DNA from: Acidobacteriota bacterium | Lineage (GTDB): Bacteria > Acidobacteriota > UBA6911 > RPQK01 > JAJDTT01 | Reading direction: 5' to 3' | Assembly (NCBI GenBank): GCA_965217775.1 | Contig: CBDCJH010000002.1 | Span: forward strand, 4,704,001 to 4,768,000 | DNA: 64,000 bases | Part shown: positions 20,519-29,838 of the stretch, one piece after another | Position numbering within the stretch: the stretch's first letter is position 1 | Layout of the letters: every line of letters begins with the position of its first letter | The notes under the pieces: model-generated | What the model was told of the DNA's origin: nothing | Seen by the model: the letters and a program-made list of their open reading frames with translations, nothing else | The model's database searches: none | Made by a program: the position numbers and the translations under genes

Positions 20519-20716
20519 ATGGAATGGGAGCACAAGAGAATGCGTTTCGCCGTCTCGACCCAGGAGATGGGTCCGTTGGTTATGGCGTCGGCCCGGGTCG
20601 CCGCCACGGGGCCCTACGTCCGAATACGCCCTTTCTCCGCCTTGGGCACCGACCGGGACGAAGCCATCGAACTCCTGAAGAAGCAGATCCGGCTGGAGTT
20701 CCGGCGGCTGCCTTGA
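20519..20716 (+). CDS. Small hypothetical protein
   Basis: 65-aa ORF in operon position with typical codon usage. Confidence 0.6.
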   Translation: MEWEHKRMRFAVSTQEMGPLVMASARVAATGPYVRIRPFSALGTDRDEAIELLKKQIRLEFRRLP

Positions 20717-20731
20717 GGGGAGGGGCGAAAA

Positions 20732-20884
20732 GGAGGGGCGATTTCCAGTCGCCCAGTCTTTCTTTGTTCAAGCCGGAGTTCGGCGGCTAGAAACCGCCGC
20801 TCCTTTTCGGCGGCTGGAAACCGCCGCTCCTTTTCGGCGGCTAGAAACCGCCGCTCCTTTCCGGCGGCTGGAAACCGCCGCTCC
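20732..20884. repeat. REP cluster with 4 tandem 27-bp units
   Basis: GGAGGGGCGATTTCCAGTCGCCC, then CGGCGGCT(A/G)GAAACCGCCGCTCC x4 at 20781, 20808, 20835, 20862. Confidence 0.9.
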
Positions 20885-21778
20885 TTACACCGCGGGTGCG
20901 TAATAACCGTTGCGGTGCCTGATGTTCAGCCCCTTGTCCCGGAACAGTTTGACCTCGATCTCCCTGAACTTGCCGTCATGGGTACGGTTTCTGGGAACGT
21001 ACGTCAGGCTGTATTGGGACCTGAGCTCTTCGTTGACGAGATCGAAGGTCTGCTGCAGTCCGTCGGCGGTGTAGGGAAAGAAAGCTCGTCCGCCCGTCTC
21101 GCGGGAGAGATTCCTCAGGATCTTCTCCCCTTTCTTCTGCTGATCGGCTCCGAAGCGGCTGGTGCCGATGCTGTAGACGGTCACCCCGGAGACGTGGATA
21201 CCCCGCAGGACGTCCTCCATCGTGTGCTGGCTGTCCTGGTCGACCCCGTCGGAGATGACCACGATGGCCTGGCGGGTGTCGGGATCGGTCATCTTCTGGG
21301 AGGAGACACTCATCAACGCGTCGAACAGCTTGGTTCCGCCTCCCGCCTTCAGTTCGCGGATCGCCTTGGCGATGGATCTGGGATTGGACGTGAAGTCGTG
21401 CAGGAGGGAGACGCCCGAATCGAACTCCACCAGGAGCACTTGATCCTGGGGGCGGAGGATGGAATGGACGAATCGGGTAGCGGCCCGCTTTTCGAACTCC
21501 AGCTTCAAGCGGACGCTGGAGCTGGTGTCGATGAGCAGACCGATACGCAAGGGCAGGGCGGTCTCGTGTCTGAAATTGGTGATGAACTGGCGCCGTCCGT
21601 CCTCGTAGATCTGGAACCGGTCCTTCTGGAGATTGGTGACGAACCGGTTCTTTTGATCGGTGACCGTCACCAGGACGTTGACGGCTTCGACCTCGACCCG
21701 AATCGGCGTCTGCTGAAAAGCGCACAACATCCAGAGGCCGATCCAGAGCAGGGCGCGGGCAGGACGCATCCGGACCAA
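20885..21778 (-). CDS. VWA domain protein (acidobacterial VWFA-related type)
   Basis: Signal peptide, VTVTD, DTSSS MIDAS, ISDGVD, ETGGRAF, ELRSQY, RNGYYAP. Confidence 0.9.
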   Translation of the reverse strand: MVRMRPARALLWIGLWMLCAFQQTPIRVEVEAVNVLVTVTDQKNRFVTNLQKDRFQIYEDGRRQFITNFRHETALPLRIGLLIDTSSSVRLKLEFEKRAATRFVHSILRPQDQVLLVEFDSGVSLLHDFTSNPRSIAKAIRELKAGGGTKLFDALMSVSSQKMTDPDTRQAIVVISDGVDQDSQHTMEDVLRGIHVSGVTVYSIGTSRFGADQQKKGEKILRNLSRETGGRAFFPYTADGLQQTFDLVNEELRSQYSLTYVPRNRTHDGKFREIEVKLFRDKGLNIRHRNGYYAPAV

Positions 21779-21828
21779 TCTACAACAATTTACATTTGGC
21801 CGACAATTTTGTGAGAATACGGCCTGCC

Positions 21829-22413
21829 ATGAGTTCCAGAGACGATCAGCTTCGTCATCTCGACCGCATCGCCCATCGGATCGTGGACGAATGGTACGAG
21901 CGAGCGAAGCGGAGCTACGTCACCCAGGAAGACAGCCGGGACGTGGGTGTCGAACCCGAAGTCAAGCGCTTCCATCGCCGCGGCAACCATCGCATCAAGT
22001 TCTCCCGGCGGCGGGAACTTGAGGTCACCTACGGCCTGGGTGCGCTGAGGCGGGACACGCGGCTCTGCGTGGAGGCCAGCGTCAACAACAAGTCCGCCGG
22101 CTTCGACTACGATCTCTTCACGGGGCGGCTTCAGGACTACTACTGGGAATGCCGGCATGAGAAGCCGTGGACCGACCCCGAGTTCGATCACTTCAGCTTC
22201 AGCGATCTGCTCCACTTCGATCCCAGAATGTCCCACTCGGTCTCGCTGGACATCCGAAAGGACAAGGCCGACATCATTCGCCTGACCTTCGTTCTCAATT
22301 CAGGCCATGAGGAGCGCCTCATGGGCCGTGAAGAACTCCTGAAGGACCTGTTGGAAACCTACTGTCTCGCCCCCTTGAGACGCATCTACGCCGAGTCTTA
22401 CCGAGAGCGGTAG
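21829..22413 (+). CDS. Hypothetical protein
   Basis: Protein-like ORF divergent from the VWA gene; no recognised motif. Confidence 0.7.
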   Translation: MSSRDDQLRHLDRIAHRIVDEWYERAKRSYVTQEDSRDVGVEPEVKRFHRRGNHRIKFSRRRELEVTYGLGALRRDTRLCVEASVNNKSAGFDYDLFTGRLQDYYWECRHEKPWTDPEFDHFSFSDLLHFDPRMSHSVSLDIRKDKADIIRLTFVLNSGHEERLMGREELLKDLLETYCLAPLRRIYAESYRER

Positions 22414-22434
22414 GAGCGGCTGAAAGAGCCCGCT

Positions 22435-22731
22435 ATGGACCAGTCCAAAATCGAACAGCAACGCCGGATTCAAGAGTTTCTGAACCGCGACTACAGTTGG
22501 CGCCTGTCAGCCGGAGAATGCAACTTCCTGATTCAGCTCATCGCCTTTCTGGTGCCGGCGAATCCCCCGTTCGTCGTGAACGATGAAGGGGAGAAGGAAC
22601 CGTTGAACTACCAAAGCATCCGATCCATGGTTCTGCTCAACGAGAAGCTCCGGGTCCAGTTGCAGGATTACGCCGCCCGGGAATCGATCATGATGGACGA
22701 CATGGACCCGGTGACGGATCGGGTCCAGTAA
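22435..22731 (+). CDS. Hypothetical protein
   Basis: 98-aa ORF 21 bp after the previous gene. Confidence 0.7.
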   Translation: MDQSKIEQQRRIQEFLNRDYSWRLSAGECNFLIQLIAFLVPANPPFVVNDEGEKEPLNYQSIRSMVLLNEKLRVQLQDYAARESIMMDDMDPVTDRVQ

Positions 22732-22780
22732 CCGGCGCGGAATCGTAGCGGAAGGCCCGGCAGCTTCCATCGGTCCCCGG

Positions 22781-23587
22781 TCACGGCTGCTTGCTGGTGG
22801 CCGCCAGTTCCGTCTCGACCCGGGGCAGGTTCTCCGCCGAACGCCCCCTCAGCGCCTGGAAGCGAACCACCTCCCCGACCACCAGCAGAGCAGGCGAGCG
22901 GATGTCCGCCTTCCGAGTCCGGCCGAAGATGTTGCTCAGGGTCCCGGCCGTTTCCTGTTGACTTTCCAGGGTGCCCGATCCGATGACTGCGGCCGGCGTG
23001 TCCAGCGGCCTTCCATGGAGCACCAGTTGGGAGATGATCTGCTTGAGGTTTCCCAAGGGCATGAGGAAGACGACGGTGTCGGCCCGGGCGGCCAGTTCCC
23101 AGGACGGGTTCCGGTCGGTCCCCGAGGCGCGATGCCCGCTCAAGACCAGGACGGACGAGGAAAGCTCCCGGTGGGTCAGGGGGATCCCGGCGGCGGTGGG
23201 AACCCCGAAAGCGGCACTGACCCCAGGAACGATCTCGAAGGGGACCTGGTGAGCCGACAAGTACTCCATCTCTTCCCCGCCCCGGCCGAAGATGAGGGGA
23301 TCCCCTCCCTGGAGACGGACCACCTCTTTCCCGGCGCGGGCCTGGGATACCATCAGCTCATGGATCTTCTCTTGGGGGAAACCGTAGTGCCCCCCCTTCT
23401 TTCCCACCGGAATGGCCTCGGCGGAATCGGGAATCAGGTCCAGGACCCTGGAATCGACCAGCCGGTCGTAGATGACCACGTCGGCACGGCTCAGGCAACG
23501 GACCGCCTTGACCGTCAGCAGCTCCGGGTCTCCGGGGCCGGCGCCCACCAGGACGACATGTCCGGTTCGTGGCCGGAGGATCTTCAT
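22781..23587 (-). CDS. cobA: Uroporphyrinogen-III C-methyltransferase
   Basis: LVGAGPGDPELLT, YDRLV, GGDPLIFGRGGEE, PLTHR. Confidence 0.95.
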   Translation of the reverse strand: MKILRPRTGHVVLVGAGPGDPELLTVKAVRCLSRADVVIYDRLVDSRVLDLIPDSAEAIPVGKKGGHYGFPQEKIHELMVSQARAGKEVVRLQGGDPLIFGRGGEEMEYLSAHQVPFEIVPGVSAAFGVPTAAGIPLTHRELSSSVLVLSGHRASGTDRNPSWELAARADTVVFLMPLGNLKQIISQLVLHGRPLDTPAAVIGSGTLESQQETAGTLSNIFGRTRKADIRSPALLVVGEVVRFQALRGRSAENLPRVETELAATSKQP

Positions 23588-24159
23588 TGCAAGCCTTCCT
23601 CAAGCCGGGAACGGACCGCCGCCACACCGTGGCAACGAGCGGTTTCCAAAAGCTCCGGATCCCTCACCATCCGATTATAGTACTCGCTCCGCTCCCGAAA
23701 GGAATTGAGGCGCTCTTTGACCAGTGGCCGAACCTCTCCCAGAGCCCGGACCAGATCTCCGTACTCGGGTCCGAACTGCGCCTCGAGCTGCTGCCGGATC
23801 TTGCGCGCCAGGGCCGGGCTCTTGCCGGAGGTCGAAATGGCCAGAACCAGAGCTCCGCGCCGAGCGATGGCCGGGGCGATGAAACTGCAGTTGGGCGTCT
23901 GGTCGACCACGTTCACCAGGATCCCCCTCCGGTCGGCGAACTCCTTGATCCGGCGGCCCAGATCGGAATCGCCGGTGACGGCCACGATCAGGAAGACATT
24001 GCTCCGATCCGGATCGAAAGCGGGGGTACGGAGGACCCGGGCTCCGGCCTGCTCCAGACCCCTCGCCTTCTCGTCGGCAAGTTCTCCCTCGCCGATCACC
24101 AGACACGAACGGTCTCGAAGGTCCAGGAATACGGGGTAGTAGAGGGGAGGATTCTCCAT
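23584..24159 (-). CDS. Precorrin-2 dehydrogenase / sirohydrochlorin ferrochelatase (CysG N-terminal/SirC-like)
   Basis: YYPVFLDL, VNVVDQ, AISTSGKSPALA. Confidence 0.88.
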   Translation of the reverse strand: MENPPLYYPVFLDLRDRSCLVIGEGELADEKARGLEQAGARVLRTPAFDPDRSNVFLIVAVTGDSDLGRRIKEFADRRGILVNVVDQTPNCSFIAPAIARRGALVLAISTSGKSPALARKIRQQLEAQFGPEYGDLVRALGEVRPLVKERLNSFRERSEYYNRMVRDPELLETARCHGVAAVRSRLEEGLQ

Positions 24160-24181
24160 GGATCAATTCCGATCGGTTTAG

Positions 24182-24340
24182 CAGTCCGTGGTGAAAGTCT
24201 CGCGAGCACCGAGACCGTTCCTGCGCCCGCCGGACAAGGCGCTTCGGAGGGAGCATACCGGGAGTATGTGAGCCGATAGCAACGCAGTCCGCCGGGATGC
24301 AGGGACGGTCGAATGCCGTGACGACTTTTGCCACGGGCTG
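24182..24340 (+). mobile_element. MITE family A copy 1 (159 bp)
   Basis: TIR CAGTCCGTGGTGAAAGTC / GACTTTTGCCACGGGCTG; near-identical to copies at 38201 and 42901; flanks TTAG/CCAG (imperfect duplication). Confidence 0.9.
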
Positions 24341-24435
24341 CCAGCAAAATAGCCGAGCAGGAGGCTCCCTGTAAAGCCAAGACTTCTCTTCCGTAGTAGA
24401 CTGGAAACACACCTGAGAACAGGGGAGAACTAAGG

Positions 24436-24798
24436 ATGAAGCGAAGAGCGTTATTGGTCTCGTGGCTTCTGTTTTGGCTCGCTCCGGGTGCGGCGTTCGC
24501 GGCGGCGGGTGAGCCGCCTGCGGCACCCACCGATCTCAAGGGCGTCAAGCGTTTCAAGGGCGCTGTGGCCACCACCGAGCTGACCTGGAAAGACCGCTCC
24601 GACAATGAGCTGGGGTTCGAGATTCTCCGCTCCGACGGCGGGCCCGAGTTCCGGGTCGTCGGGATCGTGGGCGCCAACTCGTCTCGCTACCGGGATGAGA
24701 TCGGCAAGTACGTCACGGGGGCCTTTTCCTACAGGGTGCGAGGATTCAACCAGAACGGCAAGGGAGAGACTTCCAACACCGTCTCACTGCTATTCTGA
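24436..24798 (+). CDS. Secreted fibronectin type III-like protein
   Basis: Signal peptide; PAAPTDL, LTWKDRSDNELGFEILRS, YRVRGFN. Confidence 0.75.
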   Translation: MKRRALLVSWLLFWLAPGAAFAAAGEPPAAPTDLKGVKRFKGAVATTELTWKDRSDNELGFEILRSDGGPEFRVVGIVGANSSRYRDEIGKYVTGAFSYRVRGFNQNGKGETSNTVSLLF

Positions 24799-24963
24799 AA
24801 CGGAGTTCGCCCCTGCCCGGAAGGGGGCGCCGAATGGGAATCGAGGTGGCCGCTCCACTCCGAGTTCCCCATGAGTTCCAGGATGACTCCCCCCAGGCCT
24901 GCCGGAGTTGCGACTTGCACAACGTTGGGTAGGCGCCACCTCCGGACCGCTTTTCTCATCGGG

Positions 24964-27576
24964 TCAACGCTTCTTCCGGGGAGAACGGCGACGGCTGGTC
25001 CGGCGTTTGCTTCCGGCCTTGCGGCGGATCTTGCGGCCACCTCGCTTGGCCTGATCTCGTTTCAGACGTCGATTGAGAAGCTCCACGGCGAGGGGAACGT
25101 CCACGTCCTCGGGTTTCGCGTCCTTCCCGATCGAGGCGTTGACCTTTCCGTGCTTGACGTACGGCCCGTAGCGGCCCTTGAAGATCTCGATGGGGGCCCC
25201 GTCATCCGGATGCTTTCCGATCTCCCGGATTCTGGTCCTGGCGCCCCGCTTGGGGGCTGAGAGCAGTTCCAGCGCCCGTTCCAGTCCGATGGTGAACAGA
25301 TTGTCCCCGGGCACAAGGCTGCGAAAGTCCCGTTTGTGCACCACGTAAGGCCCGTAGCGGCCCGACCCGGCTCGTACCGGCTCTCCCGTGTCCGGATGCT
25401 CTCCGACCAGGCGGGGCAGCGCCAGCAGGCGCAGGGCCAGATCCAGCGTCACCGCTTCAGGAGCCGTGCCCTTCGGCAGTCCTTGACGGGGCGGCTTTTT
25501 TCCCTGCTGCGATTCGCCCCGTTGCACGTAAGGGCCGAAGCGGCCATCCATGAGGTAGATGGAATCTCCCGTCTCCGGATCCTTCCCGAGCTCGGCCGGT
25601 CCCTGCTCCCGGCGGCGCAGGATCTCGTCCGCCTGCTCGGCGGTGAGGTCGGCGGGGAGCATGCCCTCCGGGAGCGGAGCCGTCCGCCGACTCGCGGCGC
25701 CGCCGTCTTCCAGATAGGGACCGTAACGGCCGATCCTGACCCGCGGCGTGACGCCGGAGAATTGGACGGTGGAAGCGACACGGGGGTCGATGTTTTCCTG
25801 TTGCGTCGTCAACCGCGCCTCGAATCCCTCCTCACCCTTGTAGAAGCCCTTCAGATACTCCCGCCAGTCGATTTCGCCCCGGGCGATATGGTCCAGGGAC
25901 TCCTCCATTCTGGCCGTGAAGCCGGTGTCCACCAGATCCGGGAAATGGTTCTCCATCAGCAGAGTCACGGCAAAGGCAATGAAGGTCGGATGCAGATTCT
26001 TCTTCTTGAGCTCGGCATAGCCGCGGTTCTGGATGGTGGTAATGATCGCCGCGTAGGTGGACGGACGGCCGATCCCCTTCTGCTCCAACACCTTCACCAG
26101 CGCGGCTTCGGTGTAGCGGGCGGGCGGGCGGGTACGGCGCTCGAAGCTCTCCAGCTTCCTGAGATCCAACTCCTGCCCTTCGATCAGGTCCGGAAGCAGG
26201 ATTTCCTGGTCTTCCAACACTGCGTCCGGGTCGTCGGACCCTTCCACATAGGCCCGGAGGAATCCCGGAAATTCGATGGTTTTACCCCGGGCGCGAAATC
26301 CAGCCTCGGCCGCGCCGATGACGGCGGTCACGCGTCGTTGGCGCGAGGCGGCCATCTGCGTCGCCACCGCCCGGCGCCACACGAGTTCGTACAGCGCCCG
26401 CTCCTTCCCGAAGAGTTCGAGCTCGGCCGCCGTGTTCATCTTGGCCCCGGCCGGCCGAATCGCTTCGTGCGCCTCCTGGGCCGTACTGGAACGTGTCCGA
26501 TAACGCCGCGGCCTGGGACTCAGGTATTCGCTTCCGTAGCGGGCCTTGACGGTGGAACGGATCTGGGAGACGGCATCGCCCGAGAGGTTGACCGAATCGG
26601 TGCGCATGTAGGTGATGAGCCCTCTCTCGTAGAGCCCCTGCGCCACTCTCATGGTATCCCGCGAGCCCAGATTCAGCTTGCGGTTGCCTTCCTGTTGCAG
26701 GGTGGCCGTGGTGAAAGGCGGGGCCGGATTGGTCTTGAAGAGCTTTTTCGTTACCGACCGGACTCGGAACGTCTCATCCGCCAGTCGCCTTTTGAGACTG
26801 TCCACCCGTTCCTTGTCGACCAGGAGGACCTTCCGTCCGGCCTTCAATTTTCCCGTGGTCTCATCGAAGTCGCGGCCCGTCGCCGTCCGCTGGCCGTCCA
26901 CTTCCACCAGGCCGGCGGCGAAAGGCACAGGGTCACGGACACCCTGTTTGGGATGGGAAAGCTCGTCGTCCGCCGCCAGGTGCGCCTTGAGGTCCCAGTA
27001 GACTGCCGAGTGGAACGCCCGGCGCGCCCGCTCCCGCTCCACCAGGAGCCGGACGGCCACGGACTGGACGCGGCCTGCCGAGAGGCCGGGCTTGATCTTC
27101 TTCCAGAGCAGCGGCGAGAGCTTGTATCCGACGAGCCGGTCCAGCACTCGGCGGGCTTGCTGGGCGTCGACCCGGTCCGCGTCGATTTCGCCGGGGCGTT
27201 CCATGGCCGCCCTCACGGCCCGCGGCGTAATCTCGTTGAAGGACACCCGCCGGAAGCGTCCGGCAGCCGACTGTTTTCCGGCGCCGAGCGCCTGCGCGAT
27301 GTGGTAGGCGATGGCCTCTCCCTCGCGGTCCGGATCGGTCGCCAGCAGGATGCGGTCGGCTCGTTTGGCGGCCGCCCGCAGTTTCCGGAGCACGGGCCCC
27401 TTGCCTTCGATGGTCACGTACTCCGGCTCGAATCCGGCCTCGACGTCCACTCCCAGACCCTTCTTGGGCAGGTCGCGCACGTGGCCGACCGACGCCTCGA
27501 CTCTGTATCCGTCGTCGAGGTATCTCCCCAACGTCCTCGCCTTGGCGGGCGACTCCACGATCACCAGATCAGTCAC
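24964..27576 (-). CDS. topA: DNA topoisomerase I
   Basis: LVIVESPAKA, ATDPDREGE, SAGRVQS, ITYMRTDS, C-terminal GRYGPY repeats, basic tail. Confidence 0.97.
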   Translation of the reverse strand: MTDLVIVESPAKARTLGRYLDDGYRVEASVGHVRDLPKKGLGVDVEAGFEPEYVTIEGKGPVLRKLRAAAKRADRILLATDPDREGEAIAYHIAQALGAGKQSAAGRFRRVSFNEITPRAVRAAMERPGEIDADRVDAQQARRVLDRLVGYKLSPLLWKKIKPGLSAGRVQSVAVRLLVERERARRAFHSAVYWDLKAHLAADDELSHPKQGVRDPVPFAAGLVEVDGQRTATGRDFDETTGKLKAGRKVLLVDKERVDSLKRRLADETFRVRSVTKKLFKTNPAPPFTTATLQQEGNRKLNLGSRDTMRVAQGLYERGLITYMRTDSVNLSGDAVSQIRSTVKARYGSEYLSPRPRRYRTRSSTAQEAHEAIRPAGAKMNTAAELELFGKERALYELVWRRAVATQMAASRQRRVTAVIGAAEAGFRARGKTIEFPGFLRAYVEGSDDPDAVLEDQEILLPDLIEGQELDLRKLESFERRTRPPARYTEAALVKVLEQKGIGRPSTYAAIITTIQNRGYAELKKKNLHPTFIAFAVTLLMENHFPDLVDTGFTARMEESLDHIARGEIDWREYLKGFYKGEEGFEARLTTQQENIDPRVASTVQFSGVTPRVRIGRYGPYLEDGGAASRRTAPLPEGMLPADLTAEQADEILRRREQGPAELGKDPETGDSIYLMDGRFGPYVQRGESQQGKKPPRQGLPKGTAPEAVTLDLALRLLALPRLVGEHPDTGEPVRAGSGRYGPYVVHKRDFRSLVPGDNLFTIGLERALELLSAPKRGARTRIREIGKHPDDGAPIEIFKGRYGPYVKHGKVNASIGKDAKPEDVDVPLAVELLNRRLKRDQAKRGGRKIRRKAGSKRRTSRRRSPRKKR

Positions 27577-27686
27577 GGTCGAGTTGTCCTTTCCTTCTCA
27601 AGTCTGCGGCCGACGGCGCAACGGCGACCGTCCTAGCCGTCCCTTCTATAGCACAAGCGTCTCCGTCGAGAGCAAAAAAGATCGGA

Positions 27687-28790
27687 TCAGGACAGGCGCC
27701 GGCTGTATTGGCGGCCTGGACTCTGCCGGATCAGACCCTTGAGCTCCAGACTCAGAAGGAGGTCGCTGAGCCGGGAAACGTCCAGACCCGATTGGGCCAG
27801 GATGGCGTCGATGTGAAGCGTCGAATCGACGGCCAACAGGGTCAGCACTTCCTTTTCTCCAGCGGTGGTCCGAGGCGCCGGAGAGGGTTCGGCGTCCTTG
27901 GTCCCGAGCCGTTCCAGGACGGAGAGTGGGAGCTCTTCCAGCACGTCCTGGACCGACAGGACCGGTTTGGCCCCCTGTTGGATCAACCAGTTGGGACCCC
28001 AGCTCAGGGGCAGAGTGATGGCTCCCGGAACCGCCCAGACGTCCCGCCCCTGCTCCAGGGCGAGGTTCGCGGTGATGATTGATCCGGACCCCTTGGCCGC
28101 CTGCGTGACGACGGTCCCGTGTGCGAGTCCACTGATGATCCGGTTGCGGGCCGGGAAGTGGTGGCGCGCCGGGGGACTGCCGCGAGGAAACTCGCTGACC
28201 AGGCAACCCTGTTCCCGCACGCGGCGAAACAACTCCCCGTTTTCCGGGGGGTAGACCACGTCGATGCCGCAGCCCAGGACCCCGATCGTCCTACCTTCCT
28301 CCTGGAGAGCTCCCCAATGAGCCTCCGAATCGACGCCGCGGGCCAATCCACTCACCACGCAGAGACCCAGGGCCGAGAGTTCCCGGGCCAGCTTGCGGCT
28401 GACCTCCTTCCCGTAGACGGTGGGCCGGCGAGAGCCCACCAACGCCACCGAGGGTCCGGACAGGGTCTCGACCCTTCCGGCACAGTAGAGGACCGGAGGG
28501 GGATCGTGAATCTGCCGGAGGATCCGAGGGTAAAGGGGACTGTCCAGGGTGACCAACTGAAGGCCCAGACCTGCAAGCCGGCCCAGTTCCCGTTCGGCCG
28601 CCCGGATCGCCGAACCTCCGACGATGGCGCCGATGGACTTTTCCGGCAGCCGGAGGCTCCGGAGAGATTTGCCGGACAGGCGGAAAAAGGATGACAACGG
28701 CCGCTCTTCCTTGAGCAGGGACCGGATGACACGGCCGGGTAGTCCGGGGACGCGCGACAGAGCCAGCCAGAGCAGGGATTCCTGGTTCAT
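27687..28790 (-). CDS. dprA: DNA-processing protein DprA
   Basis: VGSR, VSGLARGVD, FPARNRIISGL, GSIITA; dprA-topA synteny. Confidence 0.95.
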   Translation of the reverse strand: MNQESLLWLALSRVPGLPGRVIRSLLKEERPLSSFFRLSGKSLRSLRLPEKSIGAIVGGSAIRAAERELGRLAGLGLQLVTLDSPLYPRILRQIHDPPPVLYCAGRVETLSGPSVALVGSRRPTVYGKEVSRKLARELSALGLCVVSGLARGVDSEAHWGALQEEGRTIGVLGCGIDVVYPPENGELFRRVREQGCLVSEFPRGSPPARHHFPARNRIISGLAHGTVVTQAAKGSGSIITANLALEQGRDVWAVPGAITLPLSWGPNWLIQQGAKPVLSVQDVLEELPLSVLERLGTKDAEPSPAPRTTAGEKEVLTLLAVDSTLHIDAILAQSGLDVSRLSDLLLSLELKGLIRQSPGRQYSRRLS

Positions 28791-28819
28791 TTCCTATTGA
28801 TAACGCTGGCGGTGGAAGA

Positions 28820-28938
28820 TCCGTGGAGAAGAGGGCGTGTAGAGGGGGGACTGGCGTCCCCCCTGACCCCCCCTAATCGGCGACAAGAAAGTCGCCGCTC
28901 CATGGCGACAAGAAAATTGCGGCTCCAGCCGTCGCTCC
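28820..28938 (-). repeat. Composite REP element related to 6167-6230
   Basis: Reverse complement GGAGCGGCGACTTTCTTGTCGCCGA..GGGGGG(T)CAGGGGGGAC..GTCCCC..TACAC parallels 6167-6230; plus degenerate tandem copies. Confidence 0.7.
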
Positions 28939-28992
28939 TTGGCGGCTTTCATCCCGGACTGCTAACCTCTACTTCGCTTTTCGGGGTCGACT

Positions 28993-29838
28993 TTGCCGGG
29001 GGAAAGAGACAGCTTGCCGTTGCGGGTTTCGTTCATCGAGTTCCTCAACGCGGTGCCGCTGGGATGGGGATTCCTGGAGGGGCAGCATGCCGGGATCCTG
29101 GATGTCGCTTTCGACGTTCCTTCCGAGTGTGCCCGCCGGCTGGCCGCCGGCGAGGCGGACGTGGGGTTGATTCCGGTCATCGAGTGCGGCCGGATCCCGG
29201 GGTTGAGAGTCCTTCCCGATATCTGCATCGCTTCCAGGCAGGAGGTCAAGAGCGTTCTGTTCGTGAGCAAGGTGCCGATATCCCAGGTCTCCCGTCTGGC
29301 CGTGGACCGGTCCAGCCGCACTTCCGTCGCGCTCCTGAGGATCATTCTGGAGAGGTTTCACGGTCGGGACTCCATCGAGTACGTGGTGGAGGATCCGGAT
29401 CCCGAAAGAATGTTGGAGCGTTACGATGGGGCGCTGGTCATCGGAAACGCCGCCATGCAGGTCAGCGGCGGCTCGCTCAGCGTCTACGACCTGGCCGCCG
29501 AATGGTTTCGGTTCACCGGTCTTCCCTTCGTCTTCGCGGTCTGGGCAGTGCGTCCCGAGGTGACCCTGGGGGAGCGGCTCCGCCTCTTCTACGAGTCCCG
29601 CGAGAGGGGTCTGCGGTCCATCGAGGCCATTTCCCGGCTCTATGCCGGCAGGCTGGGACTGGAGCTGGCGGAGGTGCGGGACTATCTGCTCAATCTCAAC
29701 TACGTCCTGGACGACAACAGCCGTCGCGGCCTGACGACCTTTCTTGACCTGGCCCGGGAAATGGGCTTGATTCCGACAGCGCCGGACCTGGAATACTACC
29801 CCCTCCCGGACCCGGTCCGGATCTCTAGCAGAGGCTGA
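28993..29838 (+). CDS. mqnA: Chorismate dehydratase (futalosine menaquinone pathway)
   Basis: FLNAVPL, DVGLIP, VKSV, SSRTS, LVIGNAA, DLAAEW, TGLPFVFAVW. Confidence 0.88.
   Translation: MPGERDSLPLRVSFIEFLNAVPLGWGFLEGQHAGILDVAFDVPSECARRLAAGEADVGLIPVIECGRIPGLRVLPDICIASRQEVKSVLFVSKVPISQVSRLAVDRSSRTSVALLRIILERFHGRDSIEYVVEDPDPERMLERYDGALVIGNAAMQVSGGSLSVYDLAAEWFRFTGLPFVFAVWAVRPEVTLGERLRLFYESRERGLRSIEAISRLYAGRLGLELAEVRDYLLNLNYVLDDNSRRGLTTFLDLAREMGLIPTAPDLEYYPLPDPVRISSRG

Noticed and set aside
20781-20884. CRISPR-like repeat array
   Set aside because: Units are separated by only 4 nt, there are no unique spacers and no cas genes; it is a tandem REP array.
24096-24677. ORFs running through MITE A copies (also 38169-38422, 42750-43328)
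   Set aside because: Their shared peptides simply translate the non-coding repeat; there are no transposase motifs.
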